DNA from: Camelus dromedarius
Lineage: Eukaryota
Assembly: GCF_036321535.1 (NCBI RefSeq)
Contig: NC_087447.1
Span: 35,776,001 to 35,840,000 of the forward strand
Direction of reading: 5' to 3'
Length of the DNA stretch: 64,000 bases
Below, piece after piece: positions 49,917-59,500 of the stretch. A program made the translations under genes and the position numbers. The notes under the pieces were generated by a model. The model was not told where the DNA came from. It did no database searches and saw nothing but the letters and a program-made list of their open reading frames with translations. Positions within the stretch are counted from its first letter, which is position 1, and every line of letters begins with the position of its first letter.

Positions 49917-51490
49917 GTCTACACCATCCATTCTCTGGAGAATGGCTGAGCTCTATAGGAGTGAGGAAGCATTGAAAGGAAGGGTGGTCAACTGCTGGTC
50001 TGAGACCCCCTCTCTCACTGATGGGGGCATTCCAGGCAGAAGCCCACAAAGGATTCCCTAAGTTCACTAAGTTCACTTTCTAACTAATAGCCTCATTCCT
50101 CCCCACCCTCCCCCCACTCCAGTAGCCTTAAAGGAGGGCCACTCTAACCTTTTGTTTGCTCTAAGGAGTAATGTGAGAAACCTACTGGGGTTGCCTGGTC
50201 TAGATGTTTCACCAAGGAAAAGAGCGGGAGGCCTATCCCTGAATCCAGCAAAGAAAGAAGCCTGCTAGGGTAATGAGGGGCTTCAGTAAGGATCACTACC
50301 CAAGTGAAATACAGGGATTCCTGGAGCCCTGTGGGGCATTCATGATACGGGGGAACAGGCTGGTTTCACCAGGAGACTTGGCTCTGCCTGTGCCTGGGGC
50401 CCTGGCAAGTCATTCACCTACCCTGATTTCCCCATCTATGAAAAAAAGGATGAAAAAAAGTTTTAATAAAATAAAAATAAATAAAAACAATGATGACATG
50501 ATCTTTCAATTCAAACTGTACCTGACTATGATTCTAAAACTGAAGGCCTGGAAAAGTAGGCAAGAGAGAAACAAAACCCCACAGGACCCAGACACTAGAA
50601 AATAAGTTCGCACCTCCTACCCTGGGGTCTCCATGATCTATTTCCAAAAGGCAGGTATTTGGGACACACTGTTTTCTATAATAAATGATGCTCGCATCCT
50701 GCTGGCACAGGAGCTCCCCAGGGCTGGTCCCTAGGGCCAGGGTGCATGAGCCAAGGCTCAGGACCTGGCTTCGAGTGGGATGAATTTGTAACATGTCTGT
50801 GGTTGGAGAAAGGAGACAAATGCAGGCCAAGATTAGAAAGAGAACCTGAGTTACCTGATCCAGAGACCAAAGACGTTTGGCAAAGGGGGAACGCAAAGCA
50901 CCACCTCTCCCAAAAGCAGAGGATCCAGGGAGAGTGGGCAATAGGGAATAGTGAAGATTCAGAGGGCAGGAGCTCAAGGCTCTGCTTCTCAACCAATCCT
51001 TCCTTGTAGACTTACCAGGTGGTCTGGTTTTTGCCTCTCCTCTCTGGTCAGCACTGCTGGGGCACTGCTCAAGGGGTGAAGAGGGGCCTCTGACAGGGTT
51101 TAGGCCAGGCAGGGAAAAGAGGATGCCAATCTCCTAATTGCTCACCTTCCTACTTTCACCCAGGGGAGGAAAGAGCCCAGCTGCCTCATCATAGCACATA
51201 AGTGCCCTCCTCCCTTAAGAAAAAACATTTTATAAGATAAACAGATAAGTAAGCCGGCTGCAGGGCCCCAGGAGATTAGAAAAGTGGAAATAGAAGTATC
51301 TTACAAATTTGCATAGTTCAGACACTTACTAGGATTCTTATTTGAATAACTTTCAGAATAACCTTGAACAAACTTCTGAATGACGGCAGAGTTAGCCTTC
51401 CCCCAACCTATGACGTTCCCTGCAGGCCTCAGATCCAGACAGAAACAAGACCCTGCCCAGGGAAGCCCCCTTCCGCAGGCCTCCCCTTAC

Positions 51491-51551
51491 CTGGCTTCCC
51501 ATCCCAGTGGTGGCATCCTCTATGGCAAGGATCGCCTCCTGATGGCTGTGG
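51491..51551 (-). CDS. OTOG: OTOG exon 3 (HSHQEAILAIEDATTGMGSQ)
   Basis: Acceptor tctcatctag, donor CAG|gtaagg; 61 nt; resembles human SSHQEATLAMG as recalled. Confidence 0.86.
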
Positions 51552-51715
51552 CTAGATGAGAAACAAGCCTGGACTGGGTGAAGGGATAGGAGTGGGCCAT
51601 GCCTCCCCACACCCCTAGGCCCATCCCACTCTCTGTGCTAACCCCTGGGGTCACCCACAACAGGAATAAAGATGGGACCACTGGGTGGGGCCGCCACAAG
51701 CTCATGCCTACTCAC

Positions 51716-51776
51716 CTGGGATCCTGGGTTGGCTCTGGCTGCAGCTCTGCATTGCCCCGGAGTGTGAGTGCTGCGG
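51716..51776 (-). CDS. OTOG: OTOG exon 2 (AAALTLRGNAELQPEPTQDPS)
   Basis: Acceptor cccctccccag, donor AG|gtgagt; 61 nt; keeps frame between exons 1 and 3. Confidence 0.82.
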
Positions 51777-52092
51777 CTGGGGAGGGGGATTACTCTCCAC
51801 TCAAGTTATGCCTCCCCTTGTTGGCTTCCCATCACATGTTCCCCATGGGCTAGGAAGCTTCTACCACACCCTCGGCATCACCACCATTCTCTCTCCCTGA
51901 AGCCTTCTCAAATCCTTTCTCCTCCTCCTTGGCAACTCTTCAACAAGGGTCTCCCTCCTCCTTCCCACTCTCTGTGCCCCAGTTCTCTCTGGTGCCCCAC
52001 TCTGGTTCTCTTCCCAGCTTGGGACCCATTCCCCTGACTGTCGCTGGCCTCTTTCCTTCTGCACCTCCTCGCCCCTGACCCACTCCCTGGCT

Positions 52093-52129
52093 GTCCCCTC
52101 ACCCTACCTCAAACTTTCTTTCTTTCTTT

Positions 52130-52209
<80 letters not shown>

Positions 52210-52238
52210 TTCTTTCCTTCTTTCTTTCCTTCTTTCCT

Positions 52239-52293
<55 letters not shown>

Positions 52294-52296
52294 CTC

Positions 52297-52332
<36 letters not shown>

Positions 52333-52420
52333 CTTCCTTCCTTCCTTCTTTCTTTCCTTCTTTCTCTCTTCCTCCCTTCCTCCCTTCCTCTCTTTCTTTC
52401 TTTCTTTCTTCCTCCCTCTC
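52093..52420. repeat. Compound (TTTC)n/(TC)n/(TTCC)n microsatellite in OTOG intron 1
   Basis: About 300 bp pure pyrimidine run (52114-52419) by direct reading. Confidence 0.97.
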
Positions 52421-52452
52421 ACCAACTTGCCCAGGCCCATCCTCCTAACCGT

Positions 52453-52491
52453 TCCCCTAGCCTGCGGCGTCCCCTAGCCTGCGGCGTCCCC
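52453..52491. repeat. 17-bp tandem duplication tcccctagcctgcggcg (2.3 copies)
   Basis: Exact copies at 52453-52469 and 52470-52486. Confidence 0.95.
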
Positions 52492-52510
52492 CAGTCCACA
52501 CCCCTCTCAC

Positions 52511-52607
52511 CGAGAGACTGCACGGGCAAGGTCCCCCCCGCCGGCTCACCCCGGGGCAGCCAGACGCAAGCGAGTAGCAGGCAGAACGCGGACGCCGGGG
52601 CCGCCAT
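52511..52607 (-). CDS. OTOG: OTOG coding exon 1 (signal peptide, MAAPASAFCLLLACVWLPRGEPAGGTLPVQSL)
   Basis: ATG at 52607 in a CpG-rich region; hydrophobic N-terminus; donor G|gtgaga; 97 nt, phase 1. Confidence 0.88.
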
Positions 52608-52870
52608 AAGGGCTCGCGGGGACTGGGAAGCCTGACCGCACGGCCAGGGTTCCGAGAGCCTCTCCAGCGAAGGCAGAGTCACACCTCAACTCGGGAGGCC
52701 GCCGTCCCGCTCGCTCTCTTGCCCCAGGGTTCCCTTGGCCCCTCCTCCCAGGCGTTTGGCTCCGCCCTGAGCTAAAGTGACTGGACTGCCCAGCTCATTA
52801 CCATAATTCAGGCTCCTGGCGGTGGCCCCGCCTTTGCCCTTCGGCTGTCCCTCCCTAGGGGAGGCCGGAT
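52608..52870 (-). promoter_or_regulatory. OTOG: OTOG CpG-rich promoter and 5' UTR
   Basis: CpG-rich sequence upstream of the ATG; GC-box-like sites near 52763 and 52825. TSS not determinable. Confidence 0.6.
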
Positions 52871-53784
52871 TCAGGTCACTCAGCCCTAAGTCCTTTGAGG
52901 GAGCAAGGAGGCAGGCGGTTTGTGCAGCAACCAACATCCCTTGCTCCTCAGAGATTCCTGGCTCAGAAATTTGGGTTCTGGAAGCTGCTTACACCAGAGA
53001 CCCAAGATGCTGGTAGGAGTCTTGTCCTATGCTCTCCTTTTACGTGCTACTTGGTGGTCAGTGGCAGAACCAAGGTTCGCGCCTGCAGAGTGCTAGCTTG
53101 TGCCCCCTACTACTCCCCACTACAGCCTTTTGAGTTCCCAAGTCCCCACCCTACCCCCAGTTTTGAGCACCTCTAGGAAATGGATCGTGCCTTAGTCCTC
53201 TGTATGTCCAGCACTAGCTCAGGCCTCAGTTTGGGAAATGCTGACTGAATGACATAAGTGTCTCACACTACCATATTATTGCTCCAATCAAGGCAAAACT
53301 TTGATGATGATTATGATTATGATAATGATAATAACAACAACAACAACTTAAATTTTGTGAACAAGATATACTCTCTGTTCAGGAGGAATTTAAAAATGGT
53401 AGAAATGTGGGTCTGAGAGCCTTAGGAAACTGCATCCTTCACTTGAACAACTAGTGTTAGAACACCAACTAGATGCCAGGCCTTGTAGATGATGGTGGTG
53501 ATGATAGTGCTGGCCCCCCTAGACCCCTGGGCAGAGGTACACATTTGGGATGCATTAATTCATTCATCTATTCAACAAATTTGTCGAACATTTACTCCTC
53601 ACCACACATTGTTCTGGGAATAAAATGGTAAATAAAGCACACATATCCATCCCCATACAGGGTATTTGAAGCCATGGGCTTAAATTGTAAGATGAAAAGG
53701 AGAGAGCCAAGGATGGAGCCTGAACACCGGTTAAGGAATGAATGAAGGCAGGGTTATCTCTGAGGAAGCTTGAAAAGGAACATT

Positions 53785-54283
53785 CAGAACAAATCTGACT
53801 TCATTTCTTTTCTTTTACTTTAACCTTTGTATTCTGTTGCTTTTGCTACAAATTAAGAATGTTGCCTATGGCCTGAAATACACAGGCTAGCCCATTTTCT
53901 AGGCTCTGACCTTTACAAGTATAACACTTTTCCATCCATGTAGAGATAAAAAGTTGCAGAATAGACAATAACATTTGTCTTGCTGGAGATTTATAGGAAC
54001 ATTGTGGCAGGACTTACCTGGACAACTGCAAGAACAAAGGATTTTGGCACAGCACTGAGAAGTCTGCAGCAACGTTTGCAGCAACGAACCACACCCCCTC
54101 CCCTTTTAGTATAAAAGAATCCTGAATTCTAACCTGGGGAAGATAGTTCTTTGGGACACTAGTCCATCATCTTCTTGGTCTGCTGGCTTTCCAAACAAAA
54201 TTTCTGTTCCTTGCCCCAACAATTCGTCTCTCCATTTATTGGCCTGTTGTTCAGTGAGCAGTGCAAGCTTGGACTTGGTAACA
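53785..54283 (+). mobile_element. ERV1-class solo LTR inserted in an L2 remnant
   Basis: TATAAAA at 54110-54116, R/U5-like segment, terminal GGACTTGGTAACA; L2-like sequence resumes at 54284 (ggagaaccagg...gtgttgtcctgaaaaccaag). The 5' TG end is not visible. Confidence 0.7.
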
Positions 54284-55399
54284 GTGGAGAACCAGGACCT
54301 AGTGTTGTCCTGAAAACCAAGAGGGAAGTGTTTTAAGAAGAGAGCCTGCGGGGGCAGAGGTCATATAAAAGAAGAGTTGGGATGCCAGTGGATGGCATTC
54401 CCCCTCTTAAGGGCAATTGCTGCTCTGCCTGGATTCTGTGTGGGAAATAAACAATCCTATGATACAGTTATGAAATGCAGAAAATCAACAAAGTAATTTG
54501 GAAGGATATATATTATGTGTGTCTTTCCTGGACCTTTGAAAATCCCACAAGTCTTTCCCTTTTATCTTTGACTTAACTAGTTAATACTAAGGTGAGAACA
54601 TGGATGATATTTTTAGGTTTTTCTTCAGGAAGGATTTACATCTTAAACTAGACAATAATTTAGCCAAGGTGAAAACAGTCTGCTGGTAATAACTTCAGCT
54701 ATTGGGGGGAGGGGGTGCTGCAAAGGGTCTTTAGGCATCCCTGAAGCTACAGTTGTAAGTGTTCACTGATTTGGGCTGCTGTCCATTTCCTGTCCCCTGC
54801 CCTTCCACAAGGTGAAAACAAGGCAGGCCTTCAACCTGGGTTAAATCCATGAACAAGCTCAGTAATTAAAGGTGCCCACTCTCTCTATCCACATCTGCTT
54901 TTATTACCCCTCTTCTGGCCTCCTCTTTCCTCTCAGTCTTGATTCATCATTGTCTTTGCACCCCAGCACTAGACCTAGGAGTTGGGCAAACTTCTTTGGA
55001 ATTGAAACAAATGAACCAGATGGGGCCTGGGCCCTGGGTAAAGGTCGGCTATAAAGCAGGCTGTCATTGCCAGGAACTTTCGTGCTTCAGGGAGTATGTG
55101 TGTGTCTGTGTGAGACTGGATGGGTGGGGCACTCACACCCACTGGTTCAGGGCCCTGTGGGACACAGTAAGACCCAGCCCCAAGGAATTCACAAAACTAA
55201 GATTTCTTCCAAGTGGGAAAAGCCCACGGAGGAGGCCATAACGGAATGTAAGCAGAAGGTGAGATGCCTGGTAAGGGTGACGGATGGCTTCCTGAGATCC
55301 TTTCCCTCAACCGCGTGTGTTTGGGAGCCTTTCCTAGAGCAGCACCAGCCTCAAGTCCAACTACCGCCGCCACCACCGCATACACACACTCCAGCCCAT

Positions 55400-55614
55400 T
55401 TGCACCCCAGGGCGTCAATAAGAGGCGACGAGATTCGGTACAGGAGCCTCCCGCCTCCCAGTGGCCCCGCCCCACTCCGCCCGGGCCCCGCCCCATCCCG
55501 CCCAGGCGCGCCTGTCGCGGTCGCTGCCTGTGCCGGCTCAGGGCAGCCCGGCCCCCGGCACTTGAAGGAGCGCAGAAGCTAATTTTGTAGCGAGGGGCTC
55601 CATCTGGCCCAGCC
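55400..55614 (+). promoter_or_regulatory. USH1C: USH1C CpG-rich promoter and 5' UTR with clustered GC boxes
   Basis: Four CCGCCC Sp/KLF-type boxes at about 55463-55503; high CpG density just upstream of the ATG. TSS not determinable. Confidence 0.75.
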
Positions 55615-55650
55615 ATGGACCGGAAGGTGGCCCGAGAATTCCGGCACAAG
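55615..55650 (+). CDS. USH1C: USH1C (harmonin) coding exon 1, MDRKVAREFRHK
   Basis: Good Kozak context gccATGG; peptide equals the harmonin N-terminus as recalled; donor AAG|gtcaga; CpG-rich upstream region. Confidence 0.95.
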
Positions 55651-57639
55651 GTCAGAGCTGCTAGGGGCCCCTTAAGCGCCCAGGACCCGAGGTCTGGGGC
55701 AGGGTGGGTGGAAGATGAACAACCACAGCACCATCCCAACCTTTCCCAGCCGGATCTATGGGCTCTGCGTGGGCTGGGACCGGAGGGTCTTGGTTGCCAG
55801 CAGGGTTCCTCAGTAAAATGAGGGAGGAGCCCTGGGACTGTAAAAACCCCTAAACTGCTCTCCTGAAAGTGTCCTTTCTCCTGCCCTCCAGGACTGGGAC
55901 TTCTCTGGGGTTAGAATTCCTTCTATTCTTGGCCTGAGACAGATATTTCTCTGAGATGCCCCATAGTGGGCAAATCCCCCTCCCTCCTAGTGCTGCCAGC
56001 TCTGGGCTGCTGGAGTGGGTAGAGAAGGCCTGAGAGGTGAGGACTGGTGGGGAGGGGAACTGGATGTTTCTCTCTGTCCTTTGACCTCAGAATTCTAGTT
56101 AGAAACACTTCAGGCAGCCCCCTCCCCACTTAAGGGCATTTCTTAGGGCCTGAAAAGCTGCTGAGGAACTGGTGCTGGCCAGGGGGCAGTGGGAGGAAGG
56201 GAGGAGGTTCTGGGAGTCGGCCATATCCTTTAGGCACTCCCTTGTTGTGTCCCTGTGAGGCGCCTCACTGGTGGCCCAGGATCCTCAGAGACCATCACTG
56301 AAAGCTACTGGATTTCACCCAGGCTTTCCAAAGCTGTTTCCAGAACTGTGCAAGAGTCACTGAGGCCCTGAGGCCAAAGAAGACCGTTTGAAGAGACCCA
56401 GCAGTCCTCCCCACCAGGCCTGAGGATGCCTCAGAGCCCAAGGGTGAAGCCAGGGGTGTCTGGAGCTACCCACAGGCCCCTCCTGAGGGACAGGTGACTG
56501 CCTTAAGGCCCTCACAGACCCCAGAGGGGTCTTTAGACCAAGCCAAACGCCTTCCCAGGACTGAGGGACAGAACTCAAGTAGGCAAGATCGAGATTCTTA
56601 GCCCCTCTACCACAGAGAGGCCCTGGGGAGCCCGAGGAGCCCGCCAGTGTGGGGGCCACAGGGATGAAGGGCCAAGGGCTTGGGGCTAAGGGCCAATGGT
56701 CAGTTGTTTACTTAAGAAACATATTTTGAGCACCTGCTCTGTGCCAGACCCAGTCTGTGCCCTCAAACTGCTGGTCATGTGGGCCAGAGGGAGACCCTAC
56801 ACTAATAACTACTCATGACTGGGTGCTGGTGGGATTAAGGTTTGGTGGGAGCATAAGGGGGCAGCTCATACTGATAGAAGTCTTCTAAAAAGGAGGCCTT
56901 GGGATCTCCGGGAAGAGAGATAACTGGAAGTTCAAGCAGGAGTATGGGGGCTGGTGAATAGCAAGGGGACTGTGAGACAGTGTTCACCAGCGCATGCTGT
57001 TGCAAAGGGATGTGAGGGGAGAAATTTCAGCCTCTGAGGACATTTGGTGAGTGTTGATTTCAGGCAACCCACTTGGAAGGAGCACAACCTCCCGTCCCCC
57101 ACCCCAAGAAGACTCAGGCTTGAATTTCAGTTTCCTGCCCCTGGGCTGAAAGTAATGCTGGGTCCTCTTTTGCCTTCTCCCTATGGGGTACTTCTCTTTG
57201 CCTCTTTGAGACAATTATTTCTAGGGTCCCTGGTGGCTGACTCAGCCCCTGAATTAGCTCCTGTTCCTCCTTCCCGGGCCACACAGACTCCAAAGGGCCT
57301 CAGGCCTCTGTGTTTCCACTGTTCTGCTCTTCCTCATTGCAAGAGTCATTACCTATTAATGCTCCTGTGTGTGCAGGCAGGGCAGGCGGGGCATGATGAG
57401 CAAGGCCTGGGCCGGACTTTGTGCCCTGCTGCTTTGGAGGCCGCAGCAGCCTTCCCCTCCCGGGTTGGAGATCATCTAGGAACTGGGGAGACAGGATGAA
57501 GCAGCAGAGGAGAGAGATGAGGGCACACAGGCATACTGGGTGAAATTTATAGCTTGCTGTTGATTGCTTTCTAGATGTCCCTTCCTTGGTGCTTTAGAAC
57601 ATATTTACCCCTTGGGAATGGTTTGTAATCTAAATCCTT

Positions 57640-58070
57640 AGTCGTTGTAGGTAACATTAAAGGTAGCGTGTTGTCATGGAATGGGCTATGTGACCTGGAG
57701 CAAGTTATTAACATGTCTGTGCCTGAGTTCTCCAATTTGTTAAATGAGGATAACAATAATATTTAACTAGTAAGTTTATTGTGAATGCTGGATGAGAGCT
57801 ACACATGTGTAAGGAGCTTAAATAGACCCTGGCCTTTATAGTGAGTCCTCAGAAAATGTCCACTGTTGTTGTCTATTATCTGGAGTTAGGCAAAACTGGG
57901 GTCAAATCCAATCCTGTCACTCGCTGCCAGTGAGACCTTGGGCAAGTCACTTAATCTTTCTGAGTTTTAGGTTCCTCAGCTGTGAGATGAGATTCATAGT
58001 ACTTATCTTACGGGAGAGATGGGATTAAGTAGGAATTCAAGTCCTGACTACTCTGGGCATATAGTCATCA
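57640..58070 (+). mobile_element. Two tandem MIR SINEs in USH1C intron 1
   Basis: tgtgacctggagcaagttattaac and gaccttgggcaagtcacttaatctttctgag MIR cores. Confidence 0.7.
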
Positions 58071-58504
58071 TTTGGTAAATGGCCACGCTGTTCCTAGTTG
58101 ATGCCTGCAGAGTGTCCTGTTGGATGAGGCAACAGAGTCGAGGCTACTGAGTGGAGTCTGTCCTCTGGACTTGTGCAGTTTCCCCAAGGCCACCAGCAGC
58201 ACTTGCATGCCCTTCCTGGTCACAGCCTTGGGCCAGGATACCAAGGCGAGGGGACAGGGCATCAGAAACTAAGGCTTCTCCCTCAGAGAACCAGCTTTTT
58301 AAAACAAGGCCTCCCCTCTGCTCACTGTACCTGCACTTTGCAGGAACTTGGTTACTCATTTGTTCAAAAAGGATTTATTGCCTGTTCAGCAGTCATGCAT
58401 TTATGGATATCTGTGGTGTACCTGCCTGAGGCTAGGCATCTGGCAGGAGGGCCTGTGGGAATAAATAAGAAGATCAGAAAGAGCCCCTGCCTTCTAGGGA
58501 TTTG

Positions 58505-59500
58505 CTAATCATTCATTCATGCATATGCTATAGATACTGACTGAGATAATAATATATGCCAGGCAGTACTCTAACCATTGAATAACAACACAAAGTCTCT
58601 GCCCTCTTAGAGAGCACATTCTAGTGGGGAAGACAGACAGTTAACAAGTGAACCAATGAAAGTATCACATAATGCGAAGTAGTTATGAATGCTATGAGGT
58701 GAGGGGATAGGGAGTAACAAAGTGGTACTTTATATAGGGCAGTCAGGAAGGCCTCTGAAGCGGTGCTATTTGAACAGAGACTTAGAAGAAGGAAGGGAAG
58801 GAGCCATGAGGATATATGCAGAAGAGCATTCCAGGAAGAGGGAACAGCAAGTGCAAGGGCCCTGAGGCAAGTACATGCTTGCCTTCTTTAGGAACAGCAA
58901 GTAGAATGATGTTTCTGAGAGAAATTACAGAATGAAGAGTGGTGGGAGATGGATCAGAGGGATACTGGAGACCTGATAGGCTTCACTCCGGATTTGGGGC
59001 TTTGTTCTAAGTGAGAGAAGCCAGCATGGAAGTGACATAACTTACATTTAAAAAGGATTGCTCTGACTGCTGGTAGATAGACTGAGAGGGCCAAAGTTAG
59101 GAAGCTCCTGCAGTAGCCCAGGTCTAGGGGGAGGAGGGGGTTGGACTAGGTGGAGTGGCCAGATCCAGGATACATGAATGTTTTAGATTGAAGATGCCTT
59201 TTCGACATTCAGGTAGTGAAGTGACTGAGAAAGCCAGTAGCTGTGGGAGTGTGAGAATCAGGGGAGAGGTCTGTGCTGGGGATAAGCCTCAGTGAGTCCT
59301 TGGGGTATAAATGATATTTAAACCTCAGAGACAGATGAGGTCATTTAGGGAAACCATGCAGATGGAGAGAAGACTCAGGACAGAGCCCAGGGCATCCCAA
59401 CCTGTAGAGGAGAGGAAGGGAAGAAAGAACAGCAAGACAGGAGAACAGCGAAAGGAAGGAGTGATCAGCTGGGCCAAACACTGGGTCAAAGTCTACCAAC
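58505..59500 (-). mobile_element. L2 fragment in USH1C intron 1
   Basis: tcattcattcat tail; ccaggaagagggaacagcaagtgcaagggccctgagg L2 segment. Confidence 0.75.

Larger units (their letters stand above)
4034..52607 (-). other. OTOG: OTOG (otogelin) gene span, 5' part: 32 coding exons, 3' part outside the window
   Basis: Hand-spliced exons give one open frame of 3880 nt with consistent phases. The peptide matches otogelin as recalled (e.g. [44 protein letters not shown]). Head-to-head with USH1C as in human 11p15.1. Confidence 0.97.

Noticed and set aside
52099..52440. 113-aa K/E/R-rich ORF
   Set aside because: Translation of the (GAAA)n microsatellite.
52419..52682. GTG-initiated N-terminal extension or intron read-through of OTOG exon 1
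   Set aside because: The ATG at 52607 directly precedes the hydrophobic signal peptide, and read-through hits a stop at 52419.
55615..55821. 68-aa ORF as a complete protein
   Set aside because: Only the first 12 codons match harmonin; the rest is read-through past the donor at 55651.
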